A DNA stretch of 63,517 bases, the filler included, from Octopus bimaculoides (taxonomy: Eukaryota): NCBI RefSeq assembly GCF_001194135.2. It is 7 parts of 6 records of this genome, joined end to end, with 100 filler letters (N's around TTAATTAATTAA, not from the genome) between each part and the next. Parts side by side here need not be neighbours in the genome. Positions count along the whole stretch, not along the records: positions 30,108 to 39,411 come from NC_068986.1; positions 39,512 to 43,550 come from NC_068987.1; positions 43,651 to 50,495 come from NC_068986.1; 4 more parts are not named here. The stretch is one strand, 5' to 3'. Under the pieces are notes generated by a model. That model was not told the DNA's origin, made no database searches, and was given only the letters and a program-made list of their open reading frames with translations. The position numbers and the translations under genes were made by a program. How positions within the stretch are numbered: the first letter of the stretch is position 1; each line of letters begins with the position of its first letter. Below, in pieces: positions 36,840 to 49,176 of this stretch.

Positions 36840-39800
36840 TTAATATCGTCAAGACCAGCCGCTCTTATATTTAAACAGCAAACAATAAAATTGTTACACA
36901 TCCTGTGATCTTTTCAACAACTCTTTATCCCCAAAAGGACTGAACTGAACAAGAGGTGACACATGCGATAAAGAGTCGCTGAAGAGGTCAATAAAATTGT
37001 TGCTGTGTGCAAATCTGTCCCGTGAGAATATATCTGCCGGGTTAACTTTTGCAGCGAAGGCCTTTTCACAGCTTTATTTTAATCATTGCTGCTTAGTGTG
37101 CCTCTAATTAATTACCGCTCAAGAAAGCTTTGCACACACCAGCTGAGTTATGGTTTGCTATTTACACGTAAGTACGGCAGTTCTTAGCAGGCTATGAACG
37201 ACAGTTCCTGTGTCTGCTGTCGAGAAAACGCAGAAAAATGTGTCTTGTAGTCTGGTGACGTTATTCATTACTCAGCCCAATGTGTTTTCATGCACTTCTT
37301 CTATAAGGAGAATTATTTTACTCAATTTCAGCGACGAAATTCTTTCTACAAGAATTTGAGTGTAAACGAACGTGTTAAATATAACAGTACACTTCTCTCT
37401 CACTCTCTCTCACTCTCTCTCACTCTCTCTATGTGTGTGTGTATGTGTGTGCGCATGTATGTGTACAAGGAAAGGTTATCGGTTTCTTCGAATGTTTTGG
37501 GTTAGTAGCCGCCATCTAACTATAAACTAGATTTTCTTTCTTTCTTTATTGCTTCATTTCATGAATGGAGAAATGTGCAGGGAAAATAGATGTGATGTAA
37601 ATAGTATACCTTTTTGAGGATATCAAAATTTTTTCTGGATAATTGGCATAGGTAAGGTTGAAAAAATCTATCGAGTGAAAGACATGGAAAAATAAAGACG
37701 GGAGGATGAAATGTAAGGAAATGAGAAAGGGAAGAAAAAGCAAACGTTTATAGATTAGGGGTTAGAAAGGAAGGGACAAAAAAGACATTTTCCTGGTTTG
37801 GTAGTAAATGCTATGTTGAAACTAGATGGATGACAACAGCTAATTTGACAATATTTAGTGTCAGAAATTATAGTATATTTATATGCTATATCAATATTTT
37901 AGGTTCATTAGATCATGGATATAAAACAGGTGCTAAAGTTAGGTGACATTTAGATCGCATTTATGGAGTGTATTGAAAGTTTTGTTGAATGAAGTCAGTT
38001 GCTTTATTCGATTTTGATTACGTGTAGTGCATGCTGCAGAAGAAATTAATGCCTGGTTCATTCAAGCAGGTGAGTTAATATAAACATATGCTTATGTCAT
38101 TCAAGCATATGGGTGCGACTGGTTAGATGTACAAAAAAACAGACAAAAATTGATGAATTTTAGCGGTTTGAGTGCAAGTTGTTACCTCAAGGAAGATCAT
38201 CAAGTAAATAGAGGATTTGATGAGCAAACACTTCTATACAACCCACTAGTGCTTTTATAGATAGAAAGGTATATTAATATTTAAGCAAACATATAAGGCG
38301 ATGAGCTGGCAGAAACGTTAGCACGCCGGACGAAATGCTTAGCGGTATTTCGTCTGTTTTTAGGTTCAGAGTTCAAATTCCGCCGAGGTTGACTTTGCCT
38401 TTCATTCTTTCGAGGTCGATAAATTAAGTACCAGTTTTGTACTGGGTCGATATAATCGACTGGCTCGATCCCCAACAAAAAAAAATTCGGGCCTTGTGCC
38501 TAGAGTAGAAAAGGNNNNNNNNNNNNNNNNNNNNNNNNNNNNNNNNNNNNNNNNNNNNNNNNNNNNNNNNNNNNNNNNNNNNNNNNNNNNNNNNNNNNNN
38601 NNNNNNNNNNNNNNNNNNNNNNNNNNNNNNNNNNNNNNNNNNNNNNNNNNNNNNNNNNNNNNNNNNNNNNNNNNNNNNNNNNNNNNNNNNNNNNNNNNNN
38701 NNNNNNNNNNNNNNNNNNNNNNNNNNNNNNNNNNNNNNNNNNNNNNNNNNNNNNNNNNNNNNNNNNNNNNNNNNNNNNNNNNNNNNNNNNNNNNNNNNNN
38801 NNNNNNNNNNNNNNNNNNNNNCAGAGAAGCAAACTGGAACAATATAAAAAAAAATTAAAATGAAGTGACTTGCCTACATGGACAACTAACGGCCCGGTTT
38901 CAGAATCCAACCCACGACTTTGGAACCATACACCCTCAAACCGTAAGGCATCGCGACTTCACAATAACCCACCAACGTATAAATGAACATTCTTTTTTTT
39001 CTCTCTATCTTCCCATAGATTCTTTCAGGTCTTTTTTTTTTTTTCTTTCTATGTTTGTCTCTCGTTATGTATATTCCTCTCTCTCCTTTCTTGAATATCT
39101 CTGTCTTTAATCTGTGACCATAACTCCCAATGTATCATTATCTACCTCTCTGCCTGCCTGTCTGTCTGTCTACACACATATATATACACACAGACAAGCA
39201 TATATATACATACATATATATATATATATATATAGATATACAAGAATAAGGGCAGAGAATCGTCAATTAATAATAGAATTAATAATTAACAATTCTGCCA
39301 AGTAGTTCAGTATGAAAAAAACCTTTATCGGTAAAACTATTTATCATTATAAATATACAGGGATTAGCAATTGAGTTGCTTCTCCAACATACTGAAAATT
39401 TAGAAATAGCANNNNNNNNNNNNNNNNNNNNNNNNNNNNNNNNNNNNNNNNNNNNTTAATTAATTAANNNNNNNNNNNNNNNNNNNNNNNNNNNNNNNNN
39501 NNNNNNNNNNNGGGAGAAATAGAGAAAGAGTGAAGGGAATTGGGAAAGAGGACAAGGAACAGAGAAATAAAGTGAGAGGGAGTGAAGAGAGTGGGAATAT
39601 CGTAAGATATTTATTGTGAAATAGTTTTTTGTTAAACTATGCCCTTCACACACACACACATACACACACACACACATACACACGCGCGCGCGCGCGCTCG
39701 TTAGCTTCCCTTTAGTTTTATCACATCCCACCCAACATTCTCCGATTCTACACTAATGCGAAGCATTAAAAAAAAGACACGTTATTTACAGTTTTAAAAA

Positions 39801-40649
39801 AAAATTAATTGCTTAATGTGGAGGAATGGATTGTATGCATGACTTTCGTAGGCCGTTCTCGTCCGATGATATCAAGTAACAAAATACTCAATACAGATAT
39901 AAGCAACAGCAGCAGCAACGATGATGAAGACGGCGGTAGCAGCGGCGATGGCGATGGACGACGGCGGCGACGGAGCACCCCGGCTGTGGGGATGACGATG
40001 TTGCCTGAAATTAAGACAGATCAAAGAAAATCAGGAACAACTTAGCAGAATCGTTAGAATGTGGAATAAAATTCCATGTGCAAGCAGTCAAATATTGGGG
40101 TAGAACTAAAAGCTATACTCCTCCACAAAGATTTCGGCTTGTGTCTATTGTTGGAAACATTATCATCAGTCAAAATTGCTCAAATGTCTACTCGATTTGG
40201 ACTGATATGGAGTTAAATAACAACAATAACAACAATTTTTATTATAAACTTCAAATTACTTAACGCGTTAACCGAAGACCCTGCACGCGCTAGCCTGAGC
40301 TTTCTTAAATCGCACTCCTGTCTCAAAAAAATAAAGGAGAAAAACACACGAAAATGTAGTTATAGACAGGATGGTCACTGCTGGGACATCTTTCATTATA
40401 ATTCTACTTATTCTATTCGGGCAGATTCGAAGGATATATGATAGTTATTTCTAGGAGAATAAGCGTGTATGCGGAACCTTTCATATTGGAGCATGTAGTT
40501 TTTAAAATAAATATATGAGTTCTTTTCCAATTTACATCTGACATATATTTCAGTACCTTCTTGGATTTACACTCATATTTCTTATAACAAACTTACCTTA
40601 GACCCCACCTTGCTTATACGATTCAAAATCATTCCCTTTTAACCTACTC

Positions 40650-41307
40650 TCAGAAAGTTCTGAAATCAAATCCCGCTGAGGTCAACTTTGCTCGCCATTC
40701 TTTCGGGGTTGATAAAATAAAGTACTCATCAAGTATTGGTATCGATGTAATCAAGTAACCCTCTCCGCTGAAATTGCTGGCCTTGTGCCAACATTTGAAA
40801 TGATTGTTATTATTAAGGTGGTGAGCTGGCAGAAACGTTAGCACGCCGGGCGAAAGGCTTAGCGGTATTTCGTCTGCCGTTACGTTCTGAGTTCAAATTC
40901 CGCCGAGGTCGACTCGGCCTTTCATCCTTTCGAGGTCGATTAAATAAGTACCAGTTGCGTACTGGGTCGATCTAATCGACTGGCCCCCTCCCCCAAAATT
41001 TTGGACCTTGTGCCTAGAGTAGAAAAGAATCGTTAGCACGTCGGACAAAATACTTCACAGCATTTCATACGTACTGGAGTCGATGTAATCGACTTAATCC
41101 GTTTGTTTGTCCCCTCTATGTTTAGCCCCCTTGTGGGCAGTAAAGAAATAAGCATTTCATACGTCTTTATGTTCTGAATTCGAATTCCGCCGTGGGCGAC
41201 TTTGCCTTTCATTCTTTCGGGTTCGAATAAATAAGTACCAATAAAACACTGAGATCGATGTAATCGACTCCTTCCCCGAAATTCCTGGCCTTGTGCCTAT
41301 AGTAGAA

Positions 41308-41308
<1 letters not shown>
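40650..41308 (+). mobile_element. Head-to-tail cluster of about 4 SINE family A units ending in (ATT)n
   Basis: Units at about 40650-40800, 40817-41027 and 41029-41308, the last interrupted by a 78-bp piece. Confidence 0.9.
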
Positions 41309-41356
<48 letters not shown>

Positions 41357-41607
41357 GCAGCAGCAGCAGCAGCGTGGGCATTGTTTAATGACACGCATAA
41401 ATTCACTTAACTGTGAACATTTTCCTGAGAGATAATTGGAGTTCTTAGTCAAGAATTAGCGACAGCAGATCTAATTCAAAAGCTTCCAGTTTATTTCACT
41501 GTAATTTGAATAGAAACGCAAGAACAATTTACTAGTAGAAGAAAGTTCTGAGCGTCTGAAATGGTCGAATTCCTTAGAATTTCCTGTTATCTGTCCACCA
41601 AAGTTAC

Positions 41608-41715
41608 CTTGTCACTCGGAATGCTAGAAATAACAGTGGCAAACTCTCTAATATCACCTTCAGATTGTAGAAAAAGATTGGGACATAGTTTATCTCCAAA
41701 CTTCATTAGCTGTGT
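41608..41715 (-). CDS. Internal coding exon of an unidentified host gene: TQLMKFGDKLCPNLFLQSEGDIREFATVISSIPSDK
   Basis: Acceptor cattctgtcttttcag, donor AAG|gtaact, 108 nt phase 0-0; only that frame is open; unique non-repetitive context. Confidence 0.55.
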
Positions 41716-42011
41716 CTGAAAAGACAGAATGGCCACAACTGGAATTATTGGTCAGTTTAATCAGAAATAACCTGATACGAAACCACCGTCACTACTACCA
41801 TGTTATCTTTATCTTGTCTCTATCTCAGTGTACTGTATCTTTGGTTGTAAGTTATAGGACTGGCAACGATTCGTTGTTGGGGTTATCGTTCTGGTTAAGT
41901 TTTCATTTGAACCGAATCTTCGATATATATATATATCGTTTTTTTTTTAGAAAAACATAAATCCGGAGAAGAAGCACACTCTAAGAAGCAGAGCAGTCTA
42001 TATTTTATTTA

Positions 42012-42408
42012 CTGGTGAAGGTCGGTTTATAGGGTTACTCTGGGTTTCTCGCTGGCGTATCTTCAGACCTGATGGCCTATGACCGCTTTAAAATATGGAG
42101 GGGGAAACGATATAGATATAAACAATGGGAATTATCTCATTTTGGTGCTGGTCATCGGTTTCCGGCTGTGTTGCTCTCCTTCAATCACGCCACCTGTCGG
42201 CTGTGAGGGTGAAAGGTTGTGTGTTACCTCCTACTCTCATCAGCAATCTGCCGATGACCAGCACCAAAGGAAGTTAATCCCCATTCTTTATATCTATCGT
42301 TTCCACCTCCGTATTCTAAAGAGGCCATAGGCCGTCAGATCTTAGGGTCTGAAGATACGCAACAAAAGCGAAAAACCCAGGGTAACCCAATAAACCGGCC
42401 TTCACCAG
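42012..42408. mobile_element. Tc1/mariner-type MITE with long (about 120 bp) imperfect TIRs
   Basis: TA|CTGGTGAAGGTCGGTTTATAGGGTTACTCTGGGTTT ... AAACCCAGGGTAACCCAATAAACCGGCCTTCACCAG|TA. Confidence 0.85.
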
Positions 42409-42827
42409 TAATTTATATATGTACGTGTGTGTATTTATATGTATGTATGTATTATGTGGGGCAAGGTTTCAACAAGTAGAAAAGCACTCGATCAGCTAAG
42501 GGAGTAAAGATAATATTATAATAAAAACAACAAATGCGGTTACCCAGGTCGTATTTACATGCTAATTACCAAAATCACATTATATATAACGAACAGTTAC
42601 CGTATAGCTAAGCTGGGATTCGAAACCAAATCCACATTTTTATGCATTGTTAAACAATTCCTTGATCTATTGTCTTAGCATTCCTTATTGCAGTCTCTGG
42701 ACTGAGAGCAGCTCTTTGTCTACGCTAAATAATACGTGAGAAGTTAAACCTCTTATCCTCTCTAACTGCATACGTTCCTTTTACCGCGTCTTTCTCCCTA
42801 GCAGCTACAGAAAAACTAAAATAACTA

Positions 42828-43550
42828 TCAGGCTGAATAAAATGTAAGCAACGTTTTGAAACCTGAAATTCATCACAATATATTTCAACAATGCGGTAAT
42901 TTTATTCATCAAAGTAAGTACCATTACAACCAATACATTTTTGCCAACGAGTTACAAGTTTGTTTATTCCGGTAATATACTCCTTCTCTCGCAGGAAACG
43001 ATCAAGGTACTTGAAAAAGCAGTAGTCGGTAGGAGAAAGGTCTGGGGAATAAGCTGGGTGGGGAAGAACTCCTTAGCCAACTTCCCTCAACTTCTGGAAC
43101 GTCATTAGTGAAACGTGTGGTCGAGCATTGAAATGAAGAATGATTGATCTTCTTATGTTGACTAGTCTTGGACGGAGGAGAAGCAGTTTTTCATTCATTT
43201 TGGCAATCTCGTGGCAATATGTTTCTGCAGTAATGGTTTTCCGGGTTTTAAGAAGTTATAGTGAATGAGTCCAGCAGTACATCACCAAACAGTCACCATA
43301 ACCTTCTTTTTGAAGATTTCGGGTTTATGGAAGGTTTTCGGTGCTTCCTTTTGGTCCAACAACTGCGAAGAACGTTTTTTTTTAATTATTGTACAGAATC
43401 CACTTTTCATCGCAAGTTACAATGCGGTCGAGAAATGAATCGGTCTGATTACGGAGAAGCGACGAGTAAATTTCTTATTTGCACATTTTTTTGATTTTCA
43501 TTCAAATCGTGTGGTACCCATTTATCGAGCTTTTTTGATTTTACGAGAGA
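42828..43550 (-). pseudogene. Mariner (cecropia/Hsmar1-like) transposase relic, 3' part with TIR, internally deleted
   Basis: KWVPHDLNE; DRIVTCDEKWILYNN; KKVMVTVW; NARPH; HPAYSPDLSPTDY; GINKLVTRWQKCI..NG.YFDE*; TA|TCAGGCTGAATAAA end. Confidence 0.9.
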
Positions 43551-43772
43551 NNNNNNNNNNNNNNNNNNNNNNNNNNNNNNNNNNNNNNNNNNNNTTAATT
43601 AATTAANNNNNNNNNNNNNNNNNNNNNNNNNNNNNNNNNNNNNNNNNNNNTGAACATTACATCAAATGTAAAATGCATTTTACATTTGATATAATGTTCA
43701 CATTGCTTAAATAAATGGAGTCGCATGAAACGATCGTACTGCATTAACTTTGGATATCCTTGTTGCTTATTT

Positions 43773-43813
<41 letters not shown>

Positions 43814-44736
43814 CATATATATGTACATATATATGTATATATATATGTACATATACATATACATACGCTCTTAGTTTCACTTATCTTAGTCATGCACCCA
43901 GGTTGGGTCACCGTTTTTGAAGGTTTTAGCCGAACAAATCGAACCCAATACTTTTTTCTTATTTCCGATAGTTTATAGATCAAGACTAGATCTGCTTAAC
44001 CATCAAAGATCTTAGCGTTTAGGGAGTGCGCGTATGTATGTGTATGTTGTTGTGTGTGTGTCTATGCCGCTGTAAGTGTGTATGTGGCTGTATGTGTGTG
44101 TATGTGGCTGTATATGTGTGTGTGGCTGTATGTGTGTGTGTGTGTGTGTATTTGTGTGCGTTTGTGTGTGTGTGTATCTTGGTATGTATATGCACTCGCA
44201 CATTTCGTATTTTGTGAAATCGATTTCGTACTTCCCGTAAATGTAAACACGTGCTGCACATATCCAGATAACTTGCCAAAAAGCAATCTAAATATAAAAA
44301 TAAATTTATAAATAAGCAAACGAAGAAACTTTTCAGGTGTTGTGTTGGCAAATTTGTCAGATCGTTCGAGAAAATGCGTTGCTCTATGTAGCCTTTAGGT
44401 CCCGAGTTGAGTTCAGTTTTGCTCGTTATCTCATCGGACTCGATAAAGTATGATACCAAACGAAGTGCTGGATTGATTTATATTCTTTGATGTAGAACTA
44501 AAATTGCAGTTTAAGTCATATTTTTCTATCAATCAATCAATCGACCACTCACTCACTCACTCAATCAATCAATCAATCAATCAACCAGTCTCTCCCTTAC
44601 TATCATATATTTATATGTAATCATTTTATCTAGTCTGTAACTTTGTTGTGACTCCTAAAATGAAGAGGGGTGGGCGGGGTTCGATTCTGAAGGCTCAAAC
44701 ATTGAGCGTATACGTGCTGTGATATGATCTCACTTG

Positions 44737-44784
<48 letters not shown>

Positions 44785-44829
44785 GTCTGTCTGTCTGTCG
44801 ATCGATCTATTTTTATTATTTATTTTTTC

Positions 44830-44874
<45 letters not shown>

Positions 44875-45086
44875 GGACTGATGAAAGATTTGGAGTTCTT
44901 AAATTCATTAGATTCTGCAGATACTCAAAATAACAATGGAGCAAAGAAACTCGTCAAAACAGACGCAGCCTTCCTCTTCTTCTTCTTCTTCTTCTTCTTC
45001 TTCTTCTTCTTCTTCTTTCTTAATAACGGTCAACCACACAGTAATTTCCCTTCGTTCAACGGTCTTTTGCATAGCAATTTTTAATG

Positions 45087-45168
45087 GCCAGATAACTGAA
45101 GAGATGGCGGCGTGGGTTACTGAAGAGATTTCCGCCCCGGCATCCGAAACTCGGAGTTTTATCATGGC
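45087..45168 (+). ncRNA. Hammerhead-like motif at a PLE-like terminus
   Basis: GCCA-GATAA | CTGAAGA | imperfect stem II GATG..CATC | GAAA | CTCGGAG | TT | TTATC-A-TGGC. Confidence 0.45.
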
Positions 45169-45195
45169 TACCGAATAAGCGTCACATATTTTTAC

Positions 45196-45226
<31 letters not shown>

Positions 45227-45274
45227 NNNNNNNNNNNNNNNNNNNNNNNNNNNNNNNNNNNNNNNNNNNNNNNN

Positions 45275-45345
<71 letters not shown>

Positions 45346-45464
45346 TCAGAGAGAAAGTGAGGTAAAGAGAGAGTTAGAAAGAGAGGAGAGACAGAGAGAG
45401 TTCTTGGAAACTGTTGTTAGAGTCTATTCTCTCCCTTTCTATCATATTTACACTTTTACTGTTT

Positions 45465-45872
45465 TACTTGTTTCAGTCATTTGACTGTGGCCATGCTGGA
45501 GCACCGCCTTTTAGTCGAGCAAATCGACCCCAGGACTTATTCTTTGTAAGCCTAGTACTTATTCTATCGGTCTCATTTGCCGAACCGCNNNNNNNNNNCT
45601 AATGTTACGGGGACGTAAACACACCACCATCGGTTGTCAAGCGATGTTGGGGGACAGACACAGACACACAAACATATATACACACATACATATATATACA
45701 CATATATACGATGGGCTTCTTTCAGTTTCCGTCTAATAAATCTACTCACAAGGCTTTGGTCGGCCCGAAACCATAGTAGAAGACACTTACCCAAAGTGCC
45801 ACGCAGTGGGACTGAACCCGGAACCATGTGGTTGGTAAGCAAGCTACTTACCACACAGCCACTCCTACGTCT
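45465..45872 (-). mobile_element. SINE family B, full length (tRNA head, Nin/Deu-like central domain, internal microsatellite, 3' tail)
   Basis: A and B boxes; complete family architecture; domain naming is from recall. Confidence 0.92.
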
Positions 45873-47709
45873 CTCCTATATTTATATGTTATCATATGTT
45901 TGTATGTAATCATTTTATCTAGTATTTAATTTTGTGACTCCTGAAAATGATGTGGTGGGCGATTGTGAAGGATCAAACATTGAATGTATACGCGGTCCGA
46001 TATGATCTCACGTGATCTCACGTGATCTCTAGAGCTTTATTTCTAAATCTTACCAATGGCATCCATTACATTTCATAGCATCACATCCCATTCACGTTGC
46101 TGAAAAATATTTCCAGATTGTTACATAGCAACGTCTTGGGTAAACGGACCGTTTAAATACATTTGCAGGGTCTCAGCGGGTTCTCTTGATTCCTGCAACA
46201 ACGACAACAACAACAACAACAACAGCGAGGAGGAGGAGGAGAAGGGTGGCTAAATAATCAGGCTCCAACAACTGTAAGTAATATGGAGAACAGAGAGGAA
46301 AGGACAGTACTTTAAAAAAAAACTGTAGTAGCTATGATGCCCTCGGTTAAGTGTACAGAGAAACACCAAACAGTGTGGCCAAAAGATATCAGTGTGGCAA
46401 ATGAATTATATATCGGATACTCTCACACCTGGAAGAAGAAGAAGAAGAAGAAGAAGAAGAAGAAGAAGAAGAAGAAGAAGGTGTAGGTGGTGTTGGTGGA
46501 GGAGGAGGAGGAGAAAAAGAAGGAAGTGGTGGAGGAGGTGGAGGAGGAGNNNNNNNNNNNNNNNNNNNNNNNNNNNNNNNNNNNNNNNNNNNNNNNNNNN
46601 NNNNNNNNNNNNNNNNNNNNNNNNNNNNNNNNNNNNNNNNNNNNNNNNNNNNNNNNNNNNNNNNNNNNNNNNNNNNNNNNNNNNNNNNNNNNNNNNNNNN
46701 NNNNNNNNNNNNNNNNNNNNNNNNNNNNNNNNNNNNNNNNNNNNNNNNNNNNNNNNNNNNNNNNNNNNNNNNNNNNNNNNNNNNNNNNNNNNNNNNNNNN
46801 NNNNNNNNNNNNNNNNNNNNNNNNNNNNNNNNNNNNNNNNNNNNNNNNNNNNNNNNNNNNNNNNNNNNNNNNNNNNNNNNNNNNNNNNNNNNNNNNNNNN
46901 NNNNNNNNNNNNNNNNNNNNNNNNNNNNNNNNNNNNNNNNNNNNNNNNNNNNNNNNNNNNNNNNNNNNNNNNNNNNNNNNNNNNNNNNNNNNNNNNNNNN
47001 NNNNNNNNNNNNNNNNNNNNNNNNNNNNNNNNNNNNNNNNNNNNNNNNNNNNNNNNNNNNNNNNNNNNNNNNNNNNNNNNNNNNNNNNNNNNNNNNNNNN
47101 NNNNNNNNNNNNNNNNNNNNNNNNNNNNNNNNNNNNNNNNNNNNNNNNNNNNNNNNNNNNNNNNNNNNNNNNNNNNNNNNNNNNNNNNNNNNNNNNNNNN
47201 NNNNNNNNNNNNNNNNNNNNNNNNNNNNNNNNNNNNNNNNNNNNNNNNNNNNNNNNNNNNNNNNNNNNNNNNNNNNNNNNNNNNNNNNNNNNNNNNNNNN
47301 NNNNNNNNNNNNNNNNNNNNNNTTTATAATGTTTATGTATGTTTTTAAAGCGTATTTATATTCGTAGAGTAGGTGTTTGTTTGTAATGTGTTTGTTTGTA
47401 ATGTGTTTGTTTTAAGGTGTTTTTCACACTATTCCGGCCACACAGGCGGATGCTAGTGACGTGTGCCAGGTATATTTTCGTCTTCTGTTTGAACTAATTT
47501 GGTATTGACTGCCAACGTTTCTTGGCATTTTACCTGAGATTACTAAAAAATATTATTGATTTCTTGAAATCATTAACAGAGGCGCAGGAGTGGCTGTGTG
47601 GTAAGTAGCTTGCTTACCAGCCACATGTTTCCGGGTTCAGTCCCACTGCGTGGCATCTTGGGCAAGTGTCTTCTACTATATAGCCTCGGGCCGACCAAAG
47701 CCTTGTGAA

Positions 47710-48790
47710 ATTTTGTTTGCATTGTGCTGTGCTTGATGAATTTTATGATGTCGTTAAAGCAACAATGAACAAAAATGGGACCAACACAGCTACTGAAATC
47801 TATTCCTGGTTTCGAGAAGATTCCGTAGATCATGACTTATTGGGCTTTGCTTATCAGGAAATACTTAATCCAGAGCAGCAATTTTTGACGACGTCCAATG
47901 GTGAATGAATTCTTTTCTGCAGAATGTCATGGTTATCTCTGTCGTATGTTTTGCTGAAATCAAAGAATTTAACATCAATATTTCAATCCTCTCCTAGGCG
48001 GTAAGCTGGTAGAATCGTTAGCATGCCAGGCAAAATGCTTAACCGATTTTGGTGATTGTTGCTCTCCAAGAGATCAGTTATTCTTGATTTCTCCCACTTC
48101 TCACTTTATTGATATGAAATTAAATTAGGTCAGTCGTTAGTTTATCGAAAGCGACTTATCACCCTTTTTGAAAACTGCTAATAGACTAAAACAGAAAAGT
48201 TTGTGTATGTTGCCTGCGTCTAGCGATTTTCTCTGGAGATTAGCTTGAGGTTATGCAAGTTGGTGTCGGTATTTCTTCAAGATACATGCAAGGAACTTAT
48301 CAGGACCTACTGCTGAGTAGAGTTGAATTGTGATCATTGTTGTTATGAGGTGTGTACCGAAAGTTTTATCTTAGATGACAAGCTGGGTGTTGTGTTTACT
48401 GATCCTACCAAAGTTAAACTTCAGTTGACTCATGGAGGCGAATCATTATTATTTTCGTAGAATACTCCATTGTTTCGTTGTAGTGAATTCTGCTTCCGAG
48501 AGCCATTTCCGGTGTGCCTAAAGTTATGTCACAAATGATATGCTTAGCAATGGCATTCATTGACACTGTCTATGTTGGACTCTCATTTGAACACGAAGGT
48601 GAATCAGTATTATCTCACCACAACGACACCAAAAGAATAAACTAATCTTTTGACATTGGTTTCCATGTGTCTCTTGAACAAAGAGCGAAGCAGCAGCTCT
48701 GTGTTGGTAAATGAGTAAATCTTGGTCTATCCTCGAGATATTGTTCCTTATTGCAGTAAGAAAGGATAACTGTGACAGTTATATGGTTAA
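47710..48790 (-). pseudogene. CR1/L2(Jockey)-group LINE RT fragment, heavily decayed
   Basis: SAVGPDKFLACILKK; FQKGDKS; DVKFFDFSKTYD..HDILQK; LWIKYFL; GP.LF...FND. Confidence 0.75.
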
Positions 48791-49176
48791 TTCATGAAAA
48801 TGGGGCTACGAACACAGGTCAAACCCGTGAATCAGATCAAGCAACGTTCCGTGGTTGGGACGGTAGTGGTGGCGAAAGTTGTGGTGGTCGCTATCGTTCA
48901 CAGCATAATCTTATATTTGCTTGGTTTCAACTTTAAGTCCAGCATATAACTACTGGTAGGGTCAACCAAGCAAACCGTCAACAGAAAAACAATTTCTGTT
49001 TTCCATCGACGACCACCACACTCGAAGTAACCAGCTGTGTGGGCATGACAGAATATGGACGATATTCTATATTTGATACTGGCGTTTTTCTTGCTTTAAA
49101 TTTTTCAATGCTCTAAGCTTCCTAAGATTGTCGATGGTGTTCACGTTGTTCTTAAGACAATAATGATATTTTATAA

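Noticed and set aside
45790-45872. tRNA-like heads with A and B boxes (SINE families A, B, C)
   Set aside because: No cloverleaf or acceptor stem; they continue into SINE bodies, so they are not tRNA genes.
46054-46099. Minus-strand micro-exon with good AG and GTAAGA sites
   Set aside because: Stops in all three frames; it could only be a UTR or start exon (MDAI), which the sequence alone cannot support.
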